Below, in pieces: positions 30,836-40,977 of a stretch of DNA of 64,000 bases. The notes under the pieces were generated by a model that did not search any database, was not told where the DNA came from, and saw only the letters and a list, made by a program, of their open reading frames with translations. Made by a program: the position numbers and the translations under genes. The DNA comes from Candidatus Poribacteria bacterium (GTDB lineage: Bacteria; Poribacteria; WGA-4E; JAJDTR01): assembly GCA_965222225.1 (NCBI GenBank), contig CBDCTK010000002.1:3936001-4000000 (forward strand). Reading direction: 5' to 3'. Numbering within the stretch: position 1 is the stretch's first letter; every line of letters begins with the position of its first letter.

Positions 30836-33640
30836 TCAACTGCCGCCTTGGGCTCGGCGTTTCGCTCTCAACAACCGCCCCATGTTTCCCTCGCCTTGAA
30901 ACGCTGCTGAAGCGTTACTCTCCTTTATCAACACCGGATTTATGGCGGCTGCCTGCCGAGGTATTGGCGCGCTTCTTGATATTCCAGCCGATTCCCCTTT
31001 GCGAGCGCTCAATCGGATCATCGTTCGGGTTGACTCACCTTTCTCGCTGCGACGAAACGCCGCAACTTGCTCCCGAAGTTGCGTGAAGTAACCGCTTGCC
31101 ACGCTAAATCGGCGAAGAATCATCTCAAGCACAAAGATAAGAATGCCCGCAATTAGAAGTGTATGCGAAAGTGATTCGGGCGTTTCGACTGAACTACCGG
31201 TATGCTTCGCAATTTGCTTGGGTGTAGGTTCATAAATGCCGTTCGTGCGGCTGGCGAGCGCCCCCAGAAGCTGATGGTTAGTTTCAAACTCGCCGTACTC
31301 CGCAGGGTATGAAAGCGCGAAACTCGCCTGCCTCGATCCGCTAACGAGACCGTCCCGCTTCATCTGGGCGGTGACCAAATAAACTCCGGTCTCCCCAATA
31401 GAAAATTCCCCGCTGAACCGTGTCGGCTTTTCCCGATGCATTTCGACAATTTCCCCCGCTCCCTTCGGCGGCGCGACGCGGACATCGAACCTCTGAACGC
31501 CAGAGGTAGCTTCGGCGTTGGCAATATCGATTACTATCCGCCCGATACCGCCGCGGTGAGAAACATCAAGGTCAAAATCCCTACTGTCTCCATGAACGGG
31601 CGCCGCCCAATTGACCACTTGTCCCCAAAACTTGCCAAACTGCTCCCATTCTATCCACTCCGCCGCCCATCCGGGTTTCACATCTGAGGTAAAGGCGGCG
31701 GATTTGCCGAAACCGTAATGCCATGTGGCGAGAATCGGATGCTCCTGGTGAGAACGGATATAAACCTGACTGTATTCCTTTTCCGAGGTTGCAATGTAAC
31801 CGTGCAGTCGTGGAAGCCGGAAAATACCCGCCATGATTGCCGAACCCTTCTCGCTAATTATCGGTTGAAAAGCCTCTTGAATCATGTATTTTTGGGTTTG
31901 CCTGACCTCATCCGCCAATATCTTCGGCAATTGATTTACATTGTGAACAGCCACATAGTTTCCTTGTCCTCGCTCCGCAATCGCTTGCATGAGGTTCTGA
32001 GCCGCATCGCCGATAGCAATCGTCGTCACATAGATGTCGTCAGCCGCGATCTGTTCCGCGAGTGTGTTAAAATCCCCGTCAGACCTGCCATCGGACAAAA
32101 GAATAAGATGTTTCTGTTTGGCATCGACCGCCTTGAGCATTTCGTACGCTCGTTTGAGTGCGGGGTACATTTTTGTGCCGCCGGTTGGGGCTAGTCCGCC
32201 AACTTCGCGGATAATTCTCTCATGATCCGTTGTGGGTGAGATATCCAACCCAATCTTGGTGGAAAAACCGATTACACCCGCCTTGTCCTCCTTATCAAGC
32301 TCGCGCACGCCCGCTCGGATGCCTTCAATCGCCAATTGAATCTTCTGATCCGCTCCGACGTAATTTGCCATGCTGCCGGATGTATCGATAACGAACATCA
32401 GTGCCATAGATTCTTTACGCTGCCGAGGCGTCATCTCGACAGGCAACGCTCGCTCCAAGGGTGTGTCGTGATAGCCGCCCATTCCGAATGCACGTTCCCC
32501 GCCGATTACAACCAATCCTTTTCCGAGATCGCGGACATAGCTCTCAATCAGATCCATCCGGGAATCTGAAAGATCATCAGCCGAAACATTATTCAGAATC
32601 ACCACCGCACTGCTTCGCAAATCGGCTAACTCGGTCGTGAATTCATGCGGCGATACGACATCCACCGCAAAACCGCTGGATTTGAGGACGCGCTGCAGCA
32701 CGTCGGTCTGTCCCGAATCACCCTCTACATACAACACGTGAGGTTGACCAATCACACTGACATAGCCGTAGGCCTCATTGTTTTCGAGAATGGCATCACG
32801 CACCGAAATTTTGAATTGGTACGTATAGCTCCCCTGTTCGTTGATTCGTTGGTCGGGCATTCTGATCTCCTGTTTTCCCGGTTTCAGCGTAATGGACTGC
32901 GGATCAGAAACCGGTGCGCCATCGCGATGCAGATGAATCTCCACCGGCTTGGCTCCCGTGCTTTCGACAATCGCACGCACGGCGAAAGTTTGACCGGATA
33001 TCACATGCGAATGAAGATGCAGGGCACGTACCCAGACCTCATCGGCTCTCTCGGAATTCAACGGGATTGTGAAGATCTCACTCCCACTCGCCCGCGCGAG
33101 GTCCAAGAGCGGCTCCAGATCGCCGGTATTCTGCAATCCGTCGCTCAGCAGCACGATTCGTCTCTGTCGATCGTCCGGTAGAATACGCAAGGCTAAATGG
33201 AGCGCGGCTGCGGCGTCCGTCGCATTGTAATCTAGTGCCGCTTCCGTCAAGGTGTCGGGGGTGAAATTCGGTTGTTCCATCTTCGGGCGCATGGGGGTGG
33301 AGGCTGTCGACTGCGCGGCGAACGGAATGACACTATACAGGTCGGTCGGCTCCAACTCATCAATTGCCGCATTGATTAGATCGATTCCCCTGTGCTGTTC
33401 TCCCGTTGGCACGCTCTCCGAAACATCCAAGAGGAAGGCGACAGCGAGAATCTCTTCGCGGTGATTCCTGTGCAAACCTGCCAGCGCCAGAACAAAACAC
33501 AGTACGGCAATCGTTCGCAAAACAAGCGTGGTCGATTTTCGCCATCGCGACGCTACGACTCGCGTGCCGCGATGGATAATCAGCAGTAGCGGAATGCTAA
33601 TGAATAACAACAAGAAAAGGGGGGTATCAAGGTGAGCCAT
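30836..33640 (-). CDS. Membrane-anchored double VWA + class I GATase-like domain protein
   Basis: BatA-like N-terminal TM; MIDAS DVSES and DTSGS; LLSDG twice; GGERAFGMGGY...LPV. Confidence 0.88.
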   Translation of the reverse strand: MAHLDTPLFLLLFISIPLLLIIHRGTRVVASRWRKSTTLVLRTIAVLCFVLALAGLHRNHREEILAVAFLLDVSESVPTGEQHRGIDLINAAIDELEPTDLYSVIPFAAQSTASTPMRPKMEQPNFTPDTLTEAALDYNATDAAAALHLALRILPDDRQRRIVLLSDGLQNTGDLEPLLDLARASGSEIFTIPLNSERADEVWVRALHLHSHVISGQTFAVRAIVESTGAKPVEIHLHRDGAPVSDPQSITLKPGKQEIRMPDQRINEQGSYTYQFKISVRDAILENNEAYGYVSVIGQPHVLYVEGDSGQTDVLQRVLKSSGFAVDVVSPHEFTTELADLRSSAVVILNNVSADDLSDSRMDLIESYVRDLGKGLVVIGGERAFGMGGYHDTPLERALPVEMTPRQRKESMALMFVIDTSGSMANYVGADQKIQLAIEGIRAGVRELDKEDKAGVIGFSTKIGLDISPTTDHERIIREVGGLAPTGGTKMYPALKRAYEMLKAVDAKQKHLILLSDGRSDGDFNTLAEQIAADDIYVTTIAIGDAAQNLMQAIAERGQGNYVAVHNVNQLPKILADEVRQTQKYMIQEAFQPIISEKGSAIMAGIFRLPRLHGYIATSEKEYSQVYIRSHQEHPILATWHYGFGKSAAFTSDVKPGWAAEWIEWEQFGKFWGQVVNWAAPVHGDSRDFDLDVSHRGGIGRIVIDIANAEATSGVQRFDVRVAPPKGAGEIVEMHREKPTRFSGEFSIGETGVYLVTAQMKRDGLVSGSRQASFALSYPAEYGEFETNHQLLGALASRTNGIYEPTPKQIAKHTGSSVETPESLSHTLLIAGILIFVLEMILRRFSVASGYFTQLREQVAAFRRSEKGESTRTMIRLSARKGESAGISRSAPIPRQAAAINPVLIKESNASAAFQGEGNMGRLLRAKRRAQGGS

Positions 33641-33760
33641 CGTAAAAGGGACGGATTATCTGACGCCTGCAAGACTTGCGCAAAGAGCAAAATTGGAGGA
33701 TTTAGCAAATTCCTTCGTGATGTGGGGATTGTCAAATCAAGGCTTCACGACGGTAGGAGG

Positions 33761-33837
33761 GATCAAGGGAGCGAATAGCGACCGCGATAGAGTTCTTCGA
33801 GTGAAGGCGATAGAAAATCCCGTGCGATAGAGATCCC
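33761..33837 (+). repeat. Mini-element cluster inside a GTAGGAG...CCGAATCGCGAC REP
   Basis: GATCAA GG GA GC GAATA GC GA CC GCGATAG AGTTCT plus closers. Confidence 0.85.
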
Positions 33838-33905
33838 CTCCGAATCGCGACTCCGAACAATCATGATAACACGGGCCTCGCGCCGATCTTAGGAAGGATT
33901 GTGAA

Positions 33906-33978
33906 TGGAGCAGACGGGATTCGAACCCGTGACCTCATCCGTGCGAGGGATGCGCTCTCCCATCTGAGCTACGGCCCC
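33906..33978 (-). tRNA. tRNA-Ala(CGC), duplicate with an acceptor-stem mismatch
   Basis: Cloverleaf with G3:U70 and anticodon CGC; position 6 is C here and A in the other copy. Confidence 0.85.
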
Positions 33979-34091
33979 ATATGGCGGTGCTTCTTGAACG
34001 AAGTTCGAACGACCTATGAGCGAAGTCCGCTGGACTTCGCGCACTGATTCGCTGCGCCATCCTCGCTTCGGGGCGGAAATTTTTCGCGGTA

Positions 34092-36705
34092 CTATTCAAT
34101 CACTATATCCAAACCAGAAAACTCATCAAGCTCGCGGGATACAGCAAGCCTAACTTCATTGGCTTTCTTGTATCGTTCTGCTATTTGCCTTTGGGCTACC
34201 ATATCAAAATTACCATCGTTGTCGACTGGAATTGATATTGTTATTTTCTTTATGTCGTTAATCCTCAGGTTATTATTTGCGCTATATCCCATATTCCCGA
34301 TTTCTTTTTCAATAATATTAAGCATTGTCTGCAAAAACTCATCATCTAAATTTTTCCTAAATTCTTCCTTCAAAGAAAATTTGGCAATCCTTTGGTTTAA
34401 ATAAAATTTCCCCTCATCCCTCCACTTAGTTAGCCTGAAAAACGAACCGGATAGAGGGAGTAAATAATCACCCTTCGTTACACGGAATTTATCGTTAATC
34501 TCAATATTCTTTGGATAACGCACCAATTTTGGATTTTTCCCCGATAAGTTTTGAATCCGTATTATGGGGATATCTGATTCCTTTGCCGTGAACAGACTCT
34601 TTTTGAAAGTGAAACCAGAGACTACATCAAAAATTTCATCAATGGTTTTCTCTTTATACGAAAAGTCCTTTTTTCTATCAATAAGGTCTGCGACCTCCTC
34701 TCTGTATTCAAAAATACGATCAGCTACATCTTCTAATAGCTGGGGGAAATTATCGATGGCAATAGTTTTCTGTTCTTCCAGAATACCGAGTTTAATTTTT
34801 TCTTCCTCGCTCCACCATTTATCTACCAGCCAATCTTTTTCAATGCCGCTGATGAATTTTTCAATTGGTAGAACTTTACATCGATCATCAGAATTTATGT
34901 TCTCAAAACGGTTCTTATTTGCTCTAAAGAAGGAAAATAACGTTACTGCTTCCTGAAGGTCGTTTTGCTCACTACTGAATCTGTAAATATCCCGCGTTTC
35001 ACCTATTTCACTGACCAAGTATGTAAATACAGGTTCTTTTTGCTGTTCTGGTTTCAACTTTTTGGTGATACCAAGAATGTACGTCTTTTTGGAGGTTGTA
35101 AAGAATGTGTCTTTTGGCAGTGAAATTATTGCATCAATAAAACACTCGTCTAAAATGAAGCGCCTTAAATTTTTGTCATTTTGTCGATTAAGAATCCCAT
35201 CTGGAACTATCACAAAAGCTTTGCCCCCGGGCTTGAGAGCTCTAACGACCCATTCCATAAATAAGCCTTCAACACCCATGGCGTTTATTTTGTAATAGTT
35301 TACAAGTTTGCCATCCTTTTTAATTTCTTCTTTTAAGTTACTACTTCCCTTGGTGACATAAGGCGGATTTGTCAAAATTAACTCGTATCCATTTTCTACT
35401 GGATCTGATAGCGACCCTAGAATGGAATTTGTTTTCAGCATAAAAGTTTTGTTGAATAGCTCTGAGAATTCCTTAGTAAGTCCGGGATTTTCCTTTATTA
35501 AGTCTGAAAAATAGATGAGCATATTAGCCTTTGCCAATATGATTGTCTTTTGCTCATCTCTATCGAATCCCTTATCAAAACCTTCGATTGTAATCTGAGG
35601 GTGTATTCCTTTCTTATCAATCTTATAGAGTTCATCAAGTCTCGTAGCGAGCGGTTCTAGAAGGAATTTCCCGACGCCACAAGCAGGGTCGCAGATTTTT
35701 TTGCCCTTCTCAATTTCACTTTTTGCCATCTCCACGATGGCACGGACCACTTTTAGAGGTGTGAAAAATTGCCCCCAATTTTTCTTAACTAATGCTCTCC
35801 TTGAGAAAACTCTCAAAAAGTTTGCTCTTAAAATCGAGGTCGATGTGTTCAAGTTTTTCGTATTTAATAAACTTTTCTAAAACAGTTTTAAATGTTGTGC
35901 TATAACCCTTTACTGCTTTTTGATCTTTACTGACAAAAATTGTCCCGTTAATAATTGTTGTCTTGTCAACTGGATTTTCTGGAAATAAATCTTTGATTTT
36001 CTTTCTCACAGTATCCGCGTAATGCTCTAAAACTTCATTTTCTGTATTTTGATTGTACATTTCTGCAAGTGTATAGAAATTATGCGTTCCCTTGAGTACA
36101 CCTAGATCGCTCAGGTATTTGAATATAAAAAGCTCAACAAAAGTATACAAACAATTTTCAGGCGTCGCTCCACTGACTGACCAAATATCCTGCCAAATAC
36201 TTTTGGCTAAATCGGTTGGGTTAATAAGTTGCTTTGGTTTTATATTATCATTAAGTTCATTGATTGAATCGTATATTTTTTCAAGTAAATCAATGACTTC
36301 TTCTGATTTTGGATCGAATGGTGTTCGGATCTCATTCCCAGCCCAGTCCTTTACTCTATTTTCTGTGGCAGGATTCACCCAAACTCCATCTTTAGTATCG
36401 GTGGCAATGAATATTCTGGCTCCGAGTTTTCGTGCAACTTCGATCTCTTGCTTGACCGCTTGTTGTTTTTGGACGTTTGTTCTAAAGTCAGACGGCTTTT
36501 TATATTCAATAACTGCGATGATGTTTTTCCTTTGTGCTATCAAGGCATCTATTTTCTTTTTTTCAACTTCTCCATAATCAACGTTGCGAATAATTCCGTA
36601 TTCTTTGAGAGATTTGACGGACGTAGCACCTATATTATAAAAATCCCACTTGCCGATTTTATCCGGGCTTTTTACAAGATTCCGTTGTAATAATTCTTCA
36701 CTCAT
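34092..36705 (-). CDS. Fused restriction-modification enzyme (nuclease-like N-terminus + N6-adenine MTase + TRD), frameshifted near 35787
   Basis: KIDAL...IEYK, DPACGVGKF, NPPY and an HsdS-like C-terminus; low GC; removing one T restores ESISKKNWGQFFTP. Confidence 0.82.
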
Positions 36706-36881
36706 ATAATTTTCGGCTAATAGTTTATCCACAGTGGCTCCAAAAACTTTTGTAATAAGCCTTAGAGTGACCACGGTAGATTTTCTGTTGCGCTGTTCTA
36801 TAAAGTGGTCCCATTGTCTAGACCATACCGGATTGTATTGAAGGGACCGTTATGCAAATAGGCGAGAAACCGGGGACGGGG

Positions 36882-37244
36882 TTATGAGGAAGCGTTTTGC
36901 AGCGCTTCCACTTTTTCCCGCAGTTGTTGAATTTCGGCTCTGATTTCCTTCCAGTCTCTTTCCTTATAGGCAATAACGATTTGGGGGATTGCTACGGCGG
37001 CGGCTATTAGACCAATGAGCGCAATCTGCAGGAGTTGTAAATCGCCAATTCTGTTATTCAGGTTTTTTTCCGCAGCGTCAATTCTAGTATTCACAGCGTC
37101 AATTTTAAGATCGATATACTCCCTCGTGCGCTTCTCGAACGCTGCGATTTCTTCTTGGATTACAGCTCGCAGATCCGCCTTCGTCAATTCAGCAAAGGCT
37201 GGTGATGTCAGAAGCAGTAGGGACAGGATTGTTATGCACTTCAT
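36882..37244 (-). CDS. Small signal-peptide / coiled-coil / TM protein
   Basis: MKCITIL... signal peptide, heptad region, then a TM helix. Confidence 0.7.
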   Translation of the reverse strand: MKCITILSLLLLTSPAFAELTKADLRAVIQEEIAAFEKRTREYIDLKIDAVNTRIDAAEKNLNNRIGDLQLLQIALIGLIAAAVAIPQIVIAYKERDWKEIRAEIQQLREKVEALQNASS

Positions 37245-37375
37245 GATTGGATCTTCTTTCTTCTGTTTCGACCAAACACGCCGTATTGTCGGGAATCGCA
37301 ACTCACTTCGGTACGACCAATCCTGCACCGTCGCGATAATTCGAGCCTCGCGCCGATCTTAGGAAGGATTGTGAA

Positions 37376-37448
37376 TGGAGCAGACGGGATTCGAACCCGT
37401 GACCTCATCCGTGCGAGGGATGCGCTCTCCCATCTGAGCTACTGCCCC
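37376..37448 (-). tRNA. tRNA-Ala(CGC)
   Basis: GGGGCAGTAGCTCAG...CATCC-CTCGCAC-GGATG...GGTTCGAATCC...CTGCTCCA. Confidence 0.95.
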
Positions 37449-37528
37449 ATATGGCGGTGAATTACCAATCTTTGCTCGAACCCATTCTGAACGAAACAAC
37501 TGACGCTGCGCGCTGACTTTTGCTTGTT

Positions 37529-37795
37529 TCAACGGTGAGGGCAACCGGGCCAACAACAAGGTCGCCGCTTTCCCTCTATTAGCTCCGTGCGTACTCGCTC
37601 AATATGACATCTTCTCGTCTCCGGCTTCTTGACGGCTGTAACCCAGCAAATCCATTCATTACGCGCGAGTGATGTAAGGTCATTCCACGCGTCTCGCACC
37701 GCGTTCGCAGAAATAAGGGCCTCGCGTAAATCCGCTGGCACTCTATGTACCACGCCAGTGGCGATTCCTTTTTTGGTCATAAGATTATTAGACAT
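37529..37795 (-). CDS. YdeI/OmpD-associated family protein
   Basis: VPADLREAL...LARNEWICWV...KKPETR...RRPCCWPGC. Confidence 0.85.
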   Translation of the reverse strand: MSNNLMTKKGIATGVVHRVPADLREALISANAVRDAWNDLTSLARNEWICWVTAVKKPETRRCHIERVRTELIEGKRRPCCWPGCPHR

Positions 37796-38168
37796 CCTTC
37801 CAAAATAATCTCGGACCCCGATGGCGTCTGCCTTTGCTCTAATTGGCTTGGGAATAATGCCAATCGTCAGAACTCCGATGCCACCTGAATTTTGTCCATT
37901 ACATTGAGTTTATTATGACAAATGTCTATTCTTTTAGCGAATAGACCACTAACAAACCCAAAACTTAATAACATTAAAAGTCCATTATGATTAAAATGAG
38001 AAAAATCTCGCTTTTGGCTAAAAGAAAGTTCGAGCCGATATTTTTTCAGGTTCTTTGGCAGTTTTTAGAAACGGCAGGTCGACTGGCGGTGGCAGGCGCG
38101 CGAAAATTGCATCCGCCGCCTTCAAAATCAGTTCGAATTTTGTCGAATGCACACCGCCAGTTCGGAAA

Positions 38169-38258
38169 TGGCGGAGAGAGTGGGATTCGAACCCACGGTG
38201 CAGTTGCCCGCACAACAGTTTTCGAGACTGTCCAGTTCAACCACTCCTGCATCTCTCC
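38169..38258 (-). tRNA. tRNA-Ser(CGA)
   Basis: ACAGT-CTCGAAA-ACTGT, long variable arm, encoded CCA. Confidence 0.95.
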
Positions 38259-38264
38259 GCAGGT

Positions 38265-38711
38265 TCAACGACGCTCATGGAAGAAGGATTGAAGCAGAGC
38301 ACGACTTTCCTCGTCCAACACGCCTTTAACGACATTCACTCTGTGATTTAACCGCTTGTCTTGTAATATATCAAATATGGTGCCTGCAGCGCCGAACTTC
38401 GGCTCCGAAGCCGCGTAAACGACCCGCGGGATTCGCGCCAAGACAATCGCTCCGGCGCACATTGGGCAGGGTTCCAAGGTGACATATAACGTCGTATCCG
38501 TTAGCCGCCAATCCCCAACGCACCGCGACGCTGACCGAATGGCAAGCACTTCCGCGTGTGCCGTCGCATCCTCCGACTGTTGGCGTAAGTTATGCGAACG
38601 GGAAAGAACAACGCCCTCTCTGACGATTACGGCTCCAACGGGAACCTCGCCCATTTTGGATGCTTGCCGCGCAAGTTCAAGGGCTTCACGCATCCAGAAC
38701 TCATCTGACAT
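38265..38711 (-). CDS. tadA: tRNA adenosine(34) deaminase
   Basis: GEVPVGAV, TAHAE and TLEPCPMC motifs. Confidence 0.93.
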   Translation of the reverse strand: MSDEFWMREALELARQASKMGEVPVGAVIVREGVVLSRSHNLRQQSEDATAHAEVLAIRSASRCVGDWRLTDTTLYVTLEPCPMCAGAIVLARIPRVVYAASEPKFGAAGTIFDILQDKRLNHRVNVVKGVLDEESRALLQSFFHERR

Positions 38712-38768
38712 ACTCAAACGCGAAGTTAAGTGTAGGCAACTGTCCCTATGATGCGGCGTTAGCCTACC

Positions 38769-38834
38769 TGTAGTAGGCATACTCCGTATGCCGTAACCCT
38801 TGTGCAGACTACGGCGCCGCGGAGTCTACCTACT
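38769..38834. repeat. REP-like double hairpin; inverted relative at 57858-57924
   Basis: GTAGTAGGCATACTCCGTATGCC...CCTACT. Confidence 0.7.
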
Positions 38835-38840
38835 GCGCTA

Positions 38841-38914
38841 AGCGCCTGAGAGGATTCGAACCTCCGGCCTTCTGATCCGTAGTCAGATGCTCTAATCCAC
38901 TGAGCTACAGGCGC
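38841..38914 (-). tRNA. tRNA-Arg(ACG)
   Basis: TCTGA-CTACGGA-TCAGA anticodon arm. Confidence 0.95.
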
Positions 38915-38920
38915 AACTAA

Positions 38921-39009
38921 TGGCGGAGAGGATGGGATTCGAACCCATGGTACCACTGAGGCACAACTGCTTAGCAGGCAGCCCGATTCAACCGCTCTCG
39001 CACCTCTCC
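38921..39009 (-). tRNA. tRNA-Ser(GCT)
   Basis: Anticodon GCT, long variable arm, CCA. Confidence 0.95.
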
Positions 39010-39026
39010 ACACGTGTTCCAAACAT

Positions 39027-39114
39027 TGGCGGTGGGAGTAGGATTCGAACCCACGGTACCTTGCGGCACAACGGTTTTCAAGACCGCCGCTTTCGACCAC
39101 TCAGCCATCCCACC
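39027..39114 (-). tRNA. tRNA-Ser(TGA)
   Basis: GCGGT-CTTGAAA-ACCGT, CCA. Confidence 0.95.
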
Positions 39115-39128
39115 AAAATTGCCACTTT

Positions 39129-39158
39129 ATTTTATCAGAGATCTTTGGCTTTTGTCAA
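39129..39158 (-). promoter_or_regulatory. Sigma-70 promoter of the tRNA/tadA operon
   Basis: TTGACA-N18-TAAAAT with extended -10 TG. Confidence 0.65.
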
Positions 39159-39194
39159 GAAAATCCCCGCCCCAAAACAGGGTAGCCGCACCTA

Positions 39195-39424
39195 AGAGCC
39201 TGTTTGAAAAGTACAGTAGGGTGCGCACTGCGATCAAGCGAATGAATAATGAGCGATCAACTGACTGATTAAGGAAGGCGATAGTGAATCTTGATAGAGC
39301 TCCCTGAGAAATCCCGTGCGATAGAAATCCTGACAGGTATGTAGTAGCCAACAATGAAAACATGAAAAAACTTTCAACAAATGACCAAAAATGGCTTTGC
39401 CACCGATTATTCAATCAGGCTCTA
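39195..39424. mobile_element. MITE-like element containing a nested mini-element cluster (39232-39331)
   Basis: AGAGCCTGTTTGAA...TTCAATCAGGCTCT ends; the REP GTAGGGTGCGCACTGC is interrupted by GATCAA. Confidence 0.65.
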
Positions 39425-39654
39425 AGTCTACATTCTCGTTTTCTGGTCTTCCCGTTTTCTGATTTTCGATTGGCAACTTCAGGGCGTTGTTTGTATAATA
39501 CGGTGAGAGCAGGGGTTACGCCAAAGTTTCCACTATGACATGGCGTTAGTTCCTGTTTTCTGTTTGTGCTGGAGGAAGCCACTCGTGGAAGGGAGCGCGG
39601 GAAGCGATGAAACGGAAGGAGATAAATGGCTTGACTGTCAGAACCTTATGCGTT

Positions 39655-40398
39655 TTAACAAGGTGCGGCTAGAACTAGAGACACGTTGTCTTTTCCGCCG
39701 TACTCAAGAACCTTGTTAATCAGTGCGCGACTTGCGGCATCAAGGTCTGATGCGTTCGTGATTATCCGGGCGATCTCCTCATCGTCAACTATCATGTCGT
39801 GCAAACCGTCCGTGCATGCAAGAATAATGTCGTTGGAGGTGAGAGGATAAACCTCGCAATCGACCTCTACAGACGGCTCAAACCCGATTGCCCGATCGAT
39901 AATATTTCGATTGGTATGAACACGGGCCTCTCGCGGGGTTAATTTCCCGATATCCACCAGTTTTTGGACTAACGAGTGGTCTGTAGTTATCTGCTCAAGA
40001 ACGCCGTATCGCAAGATGTAGAGCCTGCTGTCTCCGACATGGGCATAGATTAGCTCGGATGGCGTAATAAAGCCCCCGATAAGGGTTGTTCCCATCCCGT
40101 TCCTATGATCTCTGGTTAACGATCTCTCGTAGATCCGGTGATTCGCCTCTTTGACAAGCTCTTTCAACGTCGTCAGTTTTCCGGCGGGGCTGGTATTCAT
40201 GCTGACCGCGGGCAAATTGTCAAGTTCATCTGCCCATTCTTGGAAAACGGCGACAGCGATACCGCTTGCCACATCACCCGCATCGTGGCCCCCCACCCCG
40301 TCCGCGAGAACAAACAGACCGATTTCTTCGTCAACGAAATATAAATCTTCGTTGAGCGTGCGATGTTTTCCTATATCTGTCCGCGCGGCGAATTTCAT
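39655..40398 (-). CDS. PP2C-type Ser/Thr protein phosphatase (Stp1/PrpC-like)
   Basis: RTLNED, ADGVGG, GMGTT, HVGDSR, CTDGL and GGKDN motifs. Confidence 0.93.
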   Translation of the reverse strand: MKFAARTDIGKHRTLNEDLYFVDEEIGLFVLADGVGGHDAGDVASGIAVAVFQEWADELDNLPAVSMNTSPAGKLTTLKELVKEANHRIYERSLTRDHRNGMGTTLIGGFITPSELIYAHVGDSRLYILRYGVLEQITTDHSLVQKLVDIGKLTPREARVHTNRNIIDRAIGFEPSVEVDCEVYPLTSNDIILACTDGLHDMIVDDEEIARIITNASDLDAASRALINKVLEYGGKDNVSLVLAAPC

Positions 40399-40522
40399 GT
40401 TTTCGGTTCTACCATCGGCGAGTCATGTGTGTGGGCTGGAATCCTACATATCAAGTAACGACACAAACGATGGAAACCGCTTTCGGTTTCATCGCCTTCG
40501 ACAGATGGCACAATAACATAAG

Positions 40523-40570
40523 GATCAAGCGACCGCATAGGGAGCGCGATAGAGTTCCCATCGAGATCCC
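40523..40570 (+). repeat. Hairpin mini-element
   Basis: GATCAA GC GA CC GCATA GG GA GC GCGATAG AGTTCCC. Confidence 0.9.
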
Positions 40571-40636
40571 CACGAGGTGTATTTCCAATAACTTCAGGCG
40601 TTGAAAACTGACCAGAATTAGTCGGATTTTATTACT

Positions 40637-40792
40637 TAACCCAAGTTGTCACCTTTGTAGCACAATCTGTTAGATTGTGCTTGTGATGCGCAAACTGACA
40701 GTTTGCGCCACGAAATCTCCGCAATTAATGAACTATTCTCAATTAAAAACGGTGGTGCATGTCTAAAATCTTGTAAGTAGCAACTTGGGTTA
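40637..40792. mobile_element. MITE with 12-bp TIR TAACCCAAGTTG
   Basis: Perfect TIR, internal hairpins, second copy at 29338, end fragment at 16548-16572. Confidence 0.75.
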
Positions 40793-40794
40793 TT

Positions 40795-40836
40795 TAAATC
40801 TCCTTCATTCCTGTCTAAAGGATGGAGGTAAGTTCA
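40795..40836 (+). repeat. 42-bp dispersed direct repeat (also 47354-47395 and 55686-55727)
   Basis: TAAATCYCCTYCATTYCTGTCTAAAGGATRGRGSTAAGTTCA. Confidence 0.8.
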
Positions 40837-40977
40837 AAGTTCAGGCTGACATGGAAAGGAAATCTTCCTCCCTTCCATACTTCCATACTTCCATACTTCC
40901 AATCTCATTCTTCCTGCTGGTCGCTCCGGAAGATAGTCATTAATACTGAAACTTGCTTAATGAGTTGAAAGATAGAC

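Noticed and set aside
37987-39268. ORFs 38018-38252, 38759-39100, 38920-39195 and 37359-37559
   Set aside because: Shadow ORFs over tRNA genes.
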